DNA of 64,000 bases from an uncultured delta proteobacterium. Its GTDB lineage: Bacteria > Myxococcota_A > Polyangia > Fen-1088. A model generated the notes under the pieces. It saw nothing but the letters and a program-made list of their open reading frames with translations. It did no database searches and was not told the DNA's origin. Below, one piece after another: positions 20,043-31,216 of this stretch (positions are counted from its first letter, which is position 1; the number at the start of each line of letters is the position of its first letter). The DNA lies in the NCBI GenBank assembly GCA_963737265.1, contig CAVTRY010000014.1, forward strand, positions 96,001 to 160,000. Reading direction: 5' to 3'. Made by a program: the position numbers and the translations under genes.

Positions 20043-21721
20043 ATGAATACCATCGAGAGCGCGACCGCCCGGCTGCCCAGACGCCACGTGGAACGGGTTA
20101 TTCTTCCGGCTGTGATCGCGCTGCTGGCGATCCTCGCGTGGCACGCCCGTTGGGATCAGGACGACGCATTCATCTCGTATCGCTACGCCCGGAACTGGAT
20201 CGACGGCTTCGGCGTCGTTTGGAACCCGGGTGAGCCCGTCGAGGGCTACAGCAACTTCCTTTGGGTGGTCGTGCTCGCGACCCTAGGTGCTCTTGGCATC
20301 CCGCTGACGACGGCCAGTTATTTGGCGTCCATCGGGTGCTTCGTCGGCAGCCTGGCGGCGACCTACGCGCTCGCACAAACGGTTCTGAAGAACCACGTAC
20401 TCGCCCTGCTGGTGTGCCTCTTGGTGGGACGAACTACAGCTTTTTCTCGTACGCGACCGGAGGCCTCGAGACCCAGCTCGAGGCCGTTCTCAGCCTCATC
20501 CTGCTCAACGTCGGGGCCCGCGTCACGATTCATCGCAAAGCCTCGATCGGCGTGCTCATGGCGACCAGCGCGGTTTGCGCCTGCGCAGTGATGACGAGGC
20601 CGGACGGCGTCCTGCCCGCAGGCATCCTCGCCGGATGGATCACGCTGGTCCTGTTCGACGCCAAGACGTCGTGGCGCACCTGGTTGCTGCAAATTTTGGC
20701 GCTCGCGGCGCCCGGGGTCGCTATTCTCGCGCGATGGGTGGCCTGGAAGATCCACTTTTACGGCAACTGGCTGCCGAACACATACTACGTGAAGCTTGGA
20801 ACCATCCACCCGCAGACCCTCGAGCGCGGCGCCATCTATGTCGGACTGTTTCTCGCATCCTATTGGCTCTTGCCGGTCCTCCTGGTGCTGGCATTCCAGG
20901 CTTTCAAGAAACTCAAGAAGGGTGCCTTGCCCAGCGTGAGGCTCTCGCCCGCTCTCATGATGGCTCTCCTGGTGTGCGTGACGTTCGCCTATATCGTCGT
21001 GGCCGGTGGGGACATTATGGAGTTTCGCTTCATCGTATCCCTCGTCCCCCCCATCTTCGTACTCGTCGTGAAGTGGCTGTCGGAGCTACTTCCGCGATCC
21101 GTGTTTTTTGTCAGCGGAATTCTCGCCCTTGGAAGCATCTCGCACGGGTTGTTCTTCCCGCGTTACGTGACACCGCCAGGAATCGGGTTCATTCGGGGGT
21201 TGGAATATAACGTCACGCGCGCAACGACGACGAGCTGGTCAGCTATTGGAATAGCCATCGGACGCGGGTTGCCTGTCGATAGCACGGTGAAGATCGCAAT
21301 GACACCGGCTGGCGCGATCCCGTATTACAGCCGACTGCGTTCCGTGGATATGCTTGGGCTGAACGACAAGTGGGTCGCGCGATACGGACGCCCCCGGCAG
21401 CTTTGCGTTGTGTGCACGGGGCACCAGCGACTGGCGGACGTTCACTACCTGCGGTCCGTGGGTACGACGTTGATCGTCGGTCATCCACAAGTCGGAACGC
21501 AAGCGGAGTTCCGGGACGCGGACTTCACACGCATCCTGTCGGCGATGTTTTACGACGAGAAAATGGATTTTCAGGAGATTCCGAGTGGCGCTCGGATGCT
21601 GATGATCCCGCTCGATGCCACGCACGGCGTGTTCGTCGTGTACCTGACGCCGCACCCCGACGTCGAACGAGCTCTCATGGAAGGCCGCTGGTTGGCGCGG
21701 CCGCTTCTTCCGTCCTCGTGA
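20043..21721 (+). CDS. GT-C fold membrane glycosyltransferase (AftB-like N-terminus); -1 frameshift near 20428, likely sequencing error
   Basis: DDAFISYRYARN...NPGEPVEGYSNFLW in ORF 20043; GLET, TRPDG, PNTYYVK, AGAIPYYS and DMLGLND in ORF 20261. Confidence 0.75.
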
Positions 21722-21741
21722 CGTGGGCAAATGCGTCGGTC

Positions 21742-23013
21742 TCAGGACGATGCGGGGACGTCAAATAGCTCCCGTGTCCAACGGGCGCGCCGATCCAGCC
21801 ATGCCTCTTGCGTGTTCGCCTTTGCAAATTCGACAGCTTTGCGAAATGAGCCATCGAGTCTTTCTCGGTTTTGGCTGATATCGGCAATGGCTCGGCCCAT
21901 TGCATCAATATCTAGCCAGGGAAGGAGAGCCACGGCCGCTCCAGCCGCAGCTAGCTCGCGATAGTAATAGGTATCGTACGCAAGGATGGCTTGACCGGCG
22001 GCCATAGCGTCCATCGCGCTCCTAGGTGTGTCTTGACTGAGCGGTGCAGCTAGGAGCACGTGGCACTGGTAGAGCAGCTCAAAAACCGAGTTGAACGGGA
22101 CGGGACCGTGAAAATGTACCAGTTCGCCAAGTTTCAACGCTTTGGTCAGGGCGGTCAGCCCGGCCAACTCAGGCCCGCCGCCGATGATTTGGAAACGGAT
22201 ATTCTTGGCCCCAAGGCCGATTGCACGATGAAAAGCCCGCAGCATGTGGTCGACGCCCTTGTAGGCGACCAAGCGGCCAAAGTAGGTGAATACAACGGGC
22301 GTTGCGGGATCCAAAGCCGCACAGACCTTCGCAGCGAGCTTAGCAGGTGTGATGACTTGACTCTCCCCAAAAGCCGCATCCAGAAAATTCTTTACGTTCG
22401 AGCGGCCCTTTCCGTAGTCGCTGGCCAGTTCTTCACCTTTGAGAAGTATCAACGAGAAGAGACGAACGCCAATGGACTGTTGGACATGAGCGAAGGAATT
22501 GTGAAGTACTCGCGTGACGAGGTAGTCCTTGCGCGACCATCGACCTGTCTTGAGATTCATTCTCGCGGTGGTGCGATTGTCGATATCCGTGACACTGATC
22601 GTCTTTCTCCCAATTGCCCGAGCCATCAGGAGCGCAGGAAATTCGAATGGACGATAGAGGGACGAATTGCCGGCGTGCACGAGAGACGACTTTCTGACTT
22701 CGGTCCATAGCACCCGTAGTACGTTGGGCAGCTCAAGTAGGTAAGACAGTCGACCTATCTCGGCGGAAAATGCAGTCTGAAATCGGATGTTTTCACGGGC
22801 CTCGTCCACGACCGATAGGTGAGACTTCTGAGTCTCGTACTGCGCAGGGGACATATTGGGTGCCACCAGCACCATATCCTCTGCCAGGGGGCCGAGCTTC
22901 TCTTTCAACTGGCGCAAATGCAACACAAAGGCGCTCTCCATCGCAAACCTACCTTGCAAGGTGCGATAGCCAGGAACCGAGATGACGATGAGATAGGTTC
23001 GATTAGCCGCCAT
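21742..23013 (-). CDS. Glycosyltransferase, GT-B fold (family 4-like)
   Basis: YFGRLVAYKGV, IIGGGPE and DTPRSAMDAMAAG motifs. Confidence 0.85.
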   Translation of the reverse strand: MAANRTYLIVISVPGYRTLQGRFAMESAFVLHLRQLKEKLGPLAEDMVLVAPNMSPAQYETQKSHLSVVDEARENIRFQTAFSAEIGRLSYLLELPNVLRVLWTEVRKSSLVHAGNSSLYRPFEFPALLMARAIGRKTISVTDIDNRTTARMNLKTGRWSRKDYLVTRVLHNSFAHVQQSIGVRLFSLILLKGEELASDYGKGRSNVKNFLDAAFGESQVITPAKLAAKVCAALDPATPVVFTYFGRLVAYKGVDHMLRAFHRAIGLGAKNIRFQIIGGGPELAGLTALTKALKLGELVHFHGPVPFNSVFELLYQCHVLLAAPLSQDTPRSAMDAMAAGQAILAYDTYYYRELAAAGAAVALLPWLDIDAMGRAIADISQNRERLDGSFRKAVEFAKANTQEAWLDRRARWTRELFDVPASS

Positions 23014-23143
23014 TCATTCTCCGGGAACCGAAACTATCAGATCGTTGGCGGGTTTGCCACCGTCACGCCATGATCGAGTTGGCGCCGCAATCAGTCATTC
23101 GTGCGCTCTTGTGGACCACGGTCAGATCAAATAGATTACGGCC

Positions 23144-24160
23144 ATGTCGTGCGGTTCACACAGCCGATCGGGATCGCAGACGGTTCGCTTCGTCCACCGT
23201 GACGCACGGCTGGTTGAACGCATTCTCAGCCTGCCGAGCAACGCTTTGCCTCTGGAGATGTCGCCCCCCCTCGACATCAGCGAAGGCGCCAACGCCTGGA
23301 TCGCCCAAAGCTTCATGCACCTTCGCCGTCACGGTCTTCCGGTCCAACTGGCGTCGACCCTTTCGCCTAGCCATGTGAACGTGCTTCACTACGATCATGT
23401 TCCTGGCTGGAAGAGGTTCCCGTTTTGGGCGTTCTTTGCCGTGGTTCAGGCAGACCGGCCAAGGCCCATGATTGCCGATGTCCGCATGGTTCAGAACAAA
23501 CTCTGTATTCAGGATGTGGATCGGGACCGATTCGTCCCCCTTTGGTCTCAACCATGCCTACGCCCGCGCGATCCTGCTCGCGGCGACCGATTGAGCACGA
23601 TTGCCTACATGGGACTCGAGTGCTACTTGGCTCTACCGTTTCGGGAAGCCAAATTCAAGGAACGGCTCGCGGCTGCTGGAGTCTCCTTCGAGCCGCACTT
23701 TCGACCCGAGGAGTGGAGCGACTACAGCGCCGTCGACGCCATCTTGGCTGTGCGAAACGTCACGCCCTACGATCTGTCCATCAAGCCCGCGACAAAGCTC
23801 ATCAATGCGTGGAAAGCTGGCGTTCTTCCCCTGCTTGGGCGGGAGCCCGCCTATACGCAAGTGGGGCGCCCTGGTGTCAACTATTGCGAGGTTTCAAGTG
23901 CTGAAGATGTCATCCGCGCCGTTCATTGGGCGCAGGATAATCCAGCTGATGCAGCTCGGGTGCGGCAGTCAGGCGCATGCGCCTTTCAGATGTACAATGA
24001 TGAGCAGACAATTCAGCGTTGGGTCGAGATCCTTGCCGGGACACTTCTTCCGGCATTCGAGCAGTGGCGCCGCGAAGGGGCGCTGAGTCATCTCCTGAAG
24101 CTCCCGGGTCGGCTAGCGAAGCATCGACGCGAAGCAGCCTTCTTCCGTGCCAACATCTGA
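23144..24160 (+). CDS. Putative glycosyltransferase-like protein
   Basis: WSDYSAVDAILAVR...KPATKLINAWKAGV resembles a GT-B C-terminal motif; located in the glycan cluster. Confidence 0.65.
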   Translation: MSCGSHSRSGSQTVRFVHRDARLVERILSLPSNALPLEMSPPLDISEGANAWIAQSFMHLRRHGLPVQLASTLSPSHVNVLHYDHVPGWKRFPFWAFFAVVQADRPRPMIADVRMVQNKLCIQDVDRDRFVPLWSQPCLRPRDPARGDRLSTIAYMGLECYLALPFREAKFKERLAAAGVSFEPHFRPEEWSDYSAVDAILAVRNVTPYDLSIKPATKLINAWKAGVLPLLGREPAYTQVGRPGVNYCEVSSAEDVIRAVHWAQDNPADAARVRQSGACAFQMYNDEQTIQRWVEILAGTLLPAFEQWRREGALSHLLKLPGRLAKHRREAAFFRANI

Positions 24161-24290
24161 CAAGACGGTGCATGGGCGCTCCCGCCGAAGCTGGCCTCGG
24201 CGACGCGTGCGCGCTCCTGTGCGCCCTCGATGCCGTGCAGCCCGAATAGGCTGACCCGGGTCCTGTTGCGACGAGGCTGACGCCGGTAGG

Positions 24291-25601
24291 CTAATCTGGG
24301 AAGGGCATGCCGAAGTCGGGCCTAGCGGCGCGCCGCAGAACCCAGTCGTAGACAGCCGCGATCTGGTCAGCCTTGCGATCCCAGGTAAACCATCGTTCCA
24401 CGCGCGAACGACCAAGGGCAGCCTTGGCGACCACCTCGCCCGGCCGATCAACAAGCACCTCCATCTGGCTGCGCAGCTTTGCAATGATGGTTTGGCGTGG
24501 GCCGAGCGGCACTAGGTACCCGGTCGCAGGGGTAACCAATTCGGCGGGTCCCGCGTAGTCGACCACGACGGGAACCACGCCCGACGCCATGGCTTCTAGC
24601 ACCACGCCACCTCCAAATTCTCGAATGCTGGGAAAACCCAGGACATGCGATTGACGCAGCCGTGCCGCAACACCGGTGCGATCCAGCCACCCACTGAAGG
24701 TCACCCCTCGACTCAGGTGGTGCTCACCGACCAGGTGTTCCAGAGCTACTCTTTGCGGACCATCGCCAATAATCTCTAGGAGTACTTTCCCCTTCTGGAT
24801 CAATCCGGCACAAGCCTCGATCAACATGTCCGCGCCCTTGTAGGGCACGAGTCTGCCTACGAAGACCACTCGAAGCGGAGCACGAACGGATGGCCGGTTG
24901 TCACTTTCCGCAAAAGTCTCGGGCGAAATGGCATTCTCAGGAACATAAACGGCTTTGGAGCACCAAGGCGCTCCCAATTGCTTCCAAGTCGACCGCGAGC
25001 CGACGAGGATAGCGGCGGCGCTTTCCCGCATGCTCCGGTAGCCTGGCAAGAGGCGATAGGCATCTCGCACATAGGAAAGCCATTCGCGTTCTTGCCGCCG
25101 AGCTTGGGAAAACTCGCGCGGCCAGGGTACGCCGCCGTTGAGTGGGCCCACCACGAACGGGACCCCAAGTGCCTGGAGTCGATGGGCGATGCGGCTGGGC
25201 GTGGTCGGGCTGAGTGGTGTCACCCGATGGACGATGTCCCATTTGCCAGCACGAAACTCCGGTTCAAAACGTTTCCACAGTAGACGCTCAAACCAGTAAT
25301 AGGAAGGAACGGACATTGCGGTCATCAGTGTCCATGCTACCCCTGGGGAGCCGCGCAGCCGGTCTGCAAGCCTCGACATCGGCGCGGCCACCGCCTCGCT
25401 GTCGAGGGCGGTGAAGTCGCTCTCGGGCGACCAGCCGGCCCGCGCGATGGCGGCGGCGTTGCGTTTCTGAGTCACCAGATGAACGTCGGCCACTTGCCGC
25501 AGGGCCGCCGCGATCGACCACCCAACGAGCGGAACGCTGACCCATTCGGGATTAGCCGCCTCCGCAATGACCATGACCCGGGTTTTCTTGTCAGTTTTCA
25601 T
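24291..25601 (-). CDS. Glycosyltransferase family 4
   Basis: AEAANPEWVSVPLVGW, FVGRLVPYKG and FPSIREFGGGVVLEAMASG motifs. Confidence 0.9.
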   Translation of the reverse strand: MKTDKKTRVMVIAEAANPEWVSVPLVGWSIAAALRQVADVHLVTQKRNAAAIARAGWSPESDFTALDSEAVAAPMSRLADRLRGSPGVAWTLMTAMSVPSYYWFERLLWKRFEPEFRAGKWDIVHRVTPLSPTTPSRIAHRLQALGVPFVVGPLNGGVPWPREFSQARRQEREWLSYVRDAYRLLPGYRSMRESAAAILVGSRSTWKQLGAPWCSKAVYVPENAISPETFAESDNRPSVRAPLRVVFVGRLVPYKGADMLIEACAGLIQKGKVLLEIIGDGPQRVALEHLVGEHHLSRGVTFSGWLDRTGVAARLRQSHVLGFPSIREFGGGVVLEAMASGVVPVVVDYAGPAELVTPATGYLVPLGPRQTIIAKLRSQMEVLVDRPGEVVAKAALGRSRVERWFTWDRKADQIAAVYDWVLRRAARPDFGMPFPD

Positions 25602-25671
25602 GGACTGATGACGAGAGATCCTGTTGCAATCCTAGAGATCAGCACGAGGGTGTCAACTGCTGCAAGTGCCG

Positions 25672-27792
25672 CTACCGATTGAGTCCAAGCGGGGGAAGAC
25701 CAAATCCTCCGCGGACGTAGTCGTTGATGACAGTCGCGGTGTACAAATTGCTCCAGGTGGCTTTGGACTGTCCACGAACAGCAGTATACAAGTCGGTCAG
25801 CTTTAGTGAAAATTTGGCCATGTAGGTGTCCAGGTTCAGCCCTGGACTAGGATAGGTGACTGTTTGAACAGCGGACGCAGTCTCGCCACTGGCCGCAACC
25901 CATTGAGCATAGGTTTGTTGTGCGTTGTTAATGAGCGCAAAATTGGACGATTTAGAGGCCGAGTAGATATTCCCAGAATACGTTAGCGGCGCAAACGGTC
26001 CACTCTGCGACTGCATTGCTGCGCCAAGGCCGCCATCTTGAATCGTGTTGCTGCCGATTAGAATGTTAGACCAACCCGATTGTGGTTGCAGCGCGATGCC
26101 CTGAACATTGACCTTGTAAAGCAAATTGTTCTGAATCGTCACGTTCGAGCTCACCGAGGTAGTTTGGTCGGTAGACTCCAAATAGATCGCGAACGTGTTG
26201 CCCGTGAATGAGAAATCTGAGAAAATGTTCCCGCTAAGCGTCGCGTTGGTGACAGTCGACAGATCTATTCCCCAACCAAGTCCACGCCCAGTTGGATTGT
26301 CGCGATTGATCTGTAATAAAATATTGTTGGCAATACTTAGTCCGTTGATACACGATCCGCCGGATGGGACAGGGTCGCCGTCGTTCTTCTGGAAGTTGGC
26401 GCTAATCCCGACCTCACCCTCAAAAAAGAGATTGTTGCTGATCGCGACATTTTTGACCTTGTTGATGCCCTCAGACATGAGCTTCATGTGAAGACTTCCG
26501 TCACGCAAGAACATGTTGTTGCGAATAACTGTATTGGTGAGGTTGAATGTGTACATGTGATGATTGAAGACATCGGCGGGAACGAGCGCTTGATCGTTCC
26601 AGGAATTGTGGTCGAAAATGTTCTCTTCGACCAGAACGCCATCCACGGTGTATAGGTATATCGCCTGTGAGTGGCCATCAATGCCATACATATCCGTCAG
26701 CACGCAACGACGGACGGTGAGATTCTTGGGGGCCGGTCCTCCCGCAAGTTGGACACTTATTCCGCCACCCATGAAATGAACAAAGCAGTCTTCAAATAGA
26801 ATGTCATCTCCCCCATCGAGCCAACTTACTGCAGAGTTGTCGTGACCTGCCGCCTTGCCGCTGCTATCATGCACGAATTCTGGTGCGCTCGGATCCCGGT
26901 TCACATCATAGAACTCCAGGCCAATGAAGTAGACGTGAGACGTGACGGTGCTGCCGTTGTGGTAGACTGTACTGTCGCCAGCACCGGCAGGATTGGGGCG
27001 AATTTGCGGTCGGGCAGCCGTCGCCGAGCTGGCGTAACCGGAAAACAGCATCGGTTCGTCCGCCGAACGGCCCCCCGCGCCGGAGACGGATCCTATTTCC
27101 TCTGACCATATCTCGCCCGCCTTCAGGAGAAGCCAGTCCGGATATCCCGGCCGCATCAAGGCTTTGGCCTTGGCGATAGTCTTGAAGGGGGACGGTGGAA
27201 TCTGCGTCTGCGCTGTCTGGCCGGATGGAATGTCCTTCCCCAGCAAGAACGCACCCGTGCTGTCGTTCCCGCTCTTGGAGCTCACGTAAATAAGCCGGCT
27301 GTCCGCCGAGGGGGTCACAATAGTCCAGCCATTGGGATCCCGTGCCACATGAAGCCCTGAACCAGCGCCGGCATCGATGGTCACCACCGTCCCGCTGTCG
27401 GCGGTGGACACTATCGTCCCGCTGTCGGCGGTGGACACTATCGTCCCGCTGTCTGCCGTAGGCGCTATCGCCCCGGTTGTCACCGTGACTGCGACGCTGG
27501 CCTGTGACCCGCTGTACTTGGCACTCACGTGATACGTTCCGGAGCTGCCGGGTGCCGTATAGAGGCCTTGTGCAGTCAGAGTGCCGCCAGCATCGCCCTC
27601 CGCCAGCGACCAGGTCGCGTTCGAGAGGCGTTGGTCGTTGAACGTTGCCTGGAACGGAACCATTTGGCCTGGCGCTATCCTAGCGGAGCTCGGCTGGATT
27701 GTGAGGGCTGACGCTCCTTTCGAGCTGGCGCAGCCCGCGCCTGCCAGAGTTGACACCAGGAACAGAACGCAGGATGTGACTACGTGTTTCAT
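25672..27792 (-). CDS. Lipoprotein with Ig-like domain and right-handed parallel beta-helix
   Basis: Lipobox LAGAGC; Big_2-like TIQPSSARI...TWS...G.YTAP; Asn-rich I.NN.F repeats; visibly more AT-rich than its neighbours. Confidence 0.8.
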   Translation of the reverse strand: MKHVVTSCVLFLVSTLAGAGCASSKGASALTIQPSSARIAPGQMVPFQATFNDQRLSNATWSLAEGDAGGTLTAQGLYTAPGSSGTYHVSAKYSGSQASVAVTVTTGAIAPTADSGTIVSTADSGTIVSTADSGTVVTIDAGAGSGLHVARDPNGWTIVTPSADSRLIYVSSKSGNDSTGAFLLGKDIPSGQTAQTQIPPSPFKTIAKAKALMRPGYPDWLLLKAGEIWSEEIGSVSGAGGRSADEPMLFSGYASSATAARPQIRPNPAGAGDSTVYHNGSTVTSHVYFIGLEFYDVNRDPSAPEFVHDSSGKAAGHDNSAVSWLDGGDDILFEDCFVHFMGGGISVQLAGGPAPKNLTVRRCVLTDMYGIDGHSQAIYLYTVDGVLVEENIFDHNSWNDQALVPADVFNHHMYTFNLTNTVIRNNMFLRDGSLHMKLMSEGINKVKNVAISNNLFFEGEVGISANFQKNDGDPVPSGGSCINGLSIANNILLQINRDNPTGRGLGWGIDLSTVTNATLSGNIFSDFSFTGNTFAIYLESTDQTTSVSSNVTIQNNLLYKVNVQGIALQPQSGWSNILIGSNTIQDGGLGAAMQSQSGPFAPLTYSGNIYSASKSSNFALINNAQQTYAQWVAASGETASAVQTVTYPSPGLNLDTYMAKFSLKLTDLYTAVRGQSKATWSNLYTATVINDYVRGGFGLPPLGLNR
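27388..27459. repeat. 27-bp tandem repeat (~2.7 copies) encoding a TADSGTIVS linker
   Basis: cgtcccgctgtcggcggtggacactat twice plus a partial third copy. Confidence 0.9.
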
Positions 27793-28223
27793 TTTTCACC
27801 CGTCTGCGATTGTAAACCAAATAGGCGAGAAAGTATTGAATCGGGTCGCCGCTAATTTGGCAAAGATGCCCTTTGGCATGTGTGCCGGTGTCTTACCGAC
27901 TGCGCGGGGATCCATCTGCACCGGACCGAAAATGACAGCTGCGTCAGCTGCGCGTCTTGGGGGTAGCGCCCTCGACAAAAGTCGGTATCCTTGGCGCGTT
28001 TCCGAGACGATTTGAGGAAGCTGAACCAACGATGGATGACCACCCGACCGTTCCTGGCAAAGGCATCGTGACCGATTCCCTCACGACCGGGCGCTCGCCC
28101 AAGGCTAGCCGAGCCGAGCCTTCGCGTCTCGCAGGGAAGTCAAGGTGTCTGGGAGGCTAGCGACCGCGATAAAGACTGGTATTCTTACGCGCGTTTCCAA
28201 GAGTCTTTAAGCAAGAAGTGCGA

Positions 28224-31216
28224 ATGATGGCTGCCAATCTGACTGCTCCCGGCGAGAATGTGGTTCCCGCGCCTTCTGGGGTTGTCATCGCGGCTACCTT
28301 CACGGTAAATCCCATCACCGAGTCGCTTTCCCTCTTGCTGCAGGAGGCCAGGCTTGCGCTGCCGACCGAAGTAGTGCCCTACGGGCAGGTGTTTCAAGAG
28401 CTCCTTGACCCATCGGGCCGTTTCGCGCGGAATCGCAACGGGGTCAACGTCGTGTTGATTCGCTTCGAGGATTGGCTGAGCGGCGCGGACGCAATAGCCG
28501 AGTTGACGGCGGAAACACGCAGCGCGGTCGAACGGAATGTCCGCGATCTCGGAGCGGCTATACGAGGAGCGGCTGCGACCACGCCCGTTCCCATCGTTCT
28601 CTCTATGTGCCCGCCGTCACCCATCCTGACCGGCGACGCGGAAGTTCGGCGACTTTTTCGCGCGCTGGAGGATAGGCTGAGAACGGAAGTCGCCACCACG
28701 CCGAGCGTGCACGTCCTGTCCATGGCTTGGGTTGCGAGCTGGGACACGGCGTCCGTACACGATCCGGAAGGAGACCGCATCGGCCACGTGCCATACACGG
28801 CGCGTTTCTTTGCGGGCCTCGGGCTGGCCCTCGCACGTCTCATCCATGCGCTCAAGTGCTCGCCAATGAAGGTGCTGGTGCTCGACTGCGACAACACCCT
28901 TTGGAAAGGCGTGGTAGGCGAGGATGGCGCTTCCGGCATCGAAATCACAGAACCGTACCTAGAGGTGCAAAGATTCGTGCTCGAAGAAGAAGCGCGCCGG
29001 CATGATTCTCTGCCTCGCCAGCAAAAACGTCGAAGCCGACCTGTTGGAGGTGTTTCAGGACCGCAAGGAGATGGTGTTGCGACGGGACGACATCGTTGCC
29101 ATGCGCGCAAACTGGTTGCCCAAATCCGAGAATATCCGCGCCCTCGCGGCGGAGCTGAATCTTGGCCTCGACAGTTTCGTCTTCATCGATGACAACCCCG
29201 TCGAATGCGCTGAGGTCGAGGCAGCATGTCCGGAGGTGCTCGCGTTGCAACTGCCGGTGGGCGACGACGACGACCCTGCCACATTTCTTCGCCACGTCTG
29301 GCCGCTCAACGTTCTTCGTGTGACCGACGAGGATCGACGTCGCAGTGAGATGTATCGTGAAAACCTCGAGCGCGATCGATTTGGCAAGGCTGCGGGGACC
29401 CTCACCAGTTTCCTGGCTGGGCTCGAACTTGAGGATCGGGTTTACGACGCCAACCGCCAGCCAGCTGGCCCGCGCGGCCGAGCTCACCCAACGCACCAAC
29501 CAGTTCAACCTGACCACCCGCCGCCGCAGCGAGGCGGAGATTGAACAGCTCGCCAAGGACGGCTGGCTGTGTCGCGTGGCGGAAGTGCGCGACCGATTCG
29601 GCGACTACGGTTTGGTCGGGTTGGCCATCGTCGCGCCGGAAAAGAATTCCTTGGTGGTGGATACCTTCCTCCTTAGTTGCCGAGTTCTCGGCCGTGGCGT
29701 CGAACATGCGATGCTACGCGAGCTTGGCAAACTGGCAGAGACGGCGGGAAAAAGTCGAGTCGAGATTCTCTTTGTCCCGACCAAGAAGAACCAACCCGCG
29801 CGAAACTTCCTCGACAGCTTGGAAGCGGACGCGCGCGAGGTTTCCGCCGAGGGCCTGCGCGTCGCGCTGTCGACCGCGCGAGCTTGCAAGGTGGCGTATT
29901 GCCCAGGGGACGCGCCCGTCGACTTGCCCACCAACGACAATCCCCAGGCGAGTATTCCGCAGAGTGATGGCCTCCCGAGGTCCAAAATCTGGAATCGCCT
30001 CGCCCGCATCGTTGCCACACCGGAAGACGTCCTGGCCATCTTGGAACGGAATGCTCGCCACGCGAGGGTGACAAGCAAGCCGGTAGTTCCACCTCGCACC
30101 GATACCGAGCGCAGACTTTGCGCTATCTGGAGCGACATTCTCTCTATTTCCGAGGTCGGCGTCGACGATGACTACATCGCGGATCTCGGCGGTACTTCGC
30201 TTCTTGCCGTCGCTATCTTCGCGCGCATCGAGCGAGAGCTAGGCGCACGTTTGCCTCTGGCCACCTTGGTGGAGACACCCACCATCTCCGGAATCGCCGC
30301 GCGCATCGATCGGCCAAGCGACGTTCATTCGCTCGTGCTGTTGCACCGGAGAGGCAGCGAGACTCCGCTCTTCCTCGTGCACGATGCGGATGGCGAGATC
30401 CTGCTCTATCGCAATCTCGCTGAGAGGCTGAGCGATAGACCGGTTTATGGAATCCAGCCGCAAAGCCGGTCGGACGCGCCGATTGCACACACCCGAATCC
30501 GCGACATGGCGGCCCACTACGTCGCCGAAATTCGCAAAGTGCGCCCTCACGGACCCTATTTGCTCGGCGGCCTCTGCGCTGGCGGGATTGTCGCCTACGA
30601 GATGGCGTTGCAACTGGAGGACAAGGGTGAGAGCGCGAAACTCGTCGCGGTCTTCGACGCCGCCGACGTCGAGGCTCAGCGCAAACCCCATATCGAGAGC
30701 AAACGACGACTGCTGCGCATCCAACAGGTCCTCGACGGTCCCTCGGCACGCCAGGCGGCGAGTGCGTTGCTGTCTAAGTTGGTCGGGTATGCGGCGTACC
30801 AATTGAACAGCCGAACCAAGGCTGCGTGGAACAAGATGGCAGTCGCGACCCTGCGATTCTGCTTGGATCGAGGCCTGCCGATCCCGCCCTGGGCGCGCAA
30901 CCTCACGGTCCGGACGGTCTACACGGTCGCTGAGGCCGAGTATCTTCCCACTCGATCGGTGCGCGAAGAGATCCTCCTTTTCCGCGCTACCGAGGGCGAA
31001 GGCTCGGACGAACCCTACACTCGCCTCTACGTCGATCCGCTGCTTGGCTGGGACAAGCGCAGCACGCAAGGAACGCGCGCTTTCGACGTGCCCGGTGGCC
31101 ACGGCAGCATGTTGCAAGAACCTCATGTGGCAGCCACGGCCGAGATCTTGCGGTCCCACCTTGCATCCACGAGACTAAAGCCCATCTCAGGGGCCGCCGG
31201 AGGCGTGGCTGCGTGA
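28224..31216 (+). CDS. Multidomain FkbH - carrier protein - thioesterase (two +1 frameshifts near 28985 and 29430, likely sequencing errors)
   Basis: VLDCDNTLWKG (ORF 28218); ASKN and FIDDNPVE (ORF 29002); RTNQFNLTT, LSCRVLGRGVE, DLGGTSLLA (Ppant Ser), GPYLLGGLCAGG and PGGHGSML (ORF 29345). Confidence 0.82.

Noticed and set aside
5640-29440. Programmed frameshifting or true pseudogenes in abiEii, mnmA, the GT-C gene and FkbH-TE
   Set aside because: Each break is a single-base indel in a short homopolymer with no slippery heptamer, both halves look intact, and one hits the housekeeping gene mnmA. Long-read error is the simpler explanation, pending read checks.
28224-31216. NRPS/PKS biosynthetic gene cluster
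   Set aside because: Carrier and thioesterase domains are present, but there are no condensation, adenylation or ketosynthase domains in the window.
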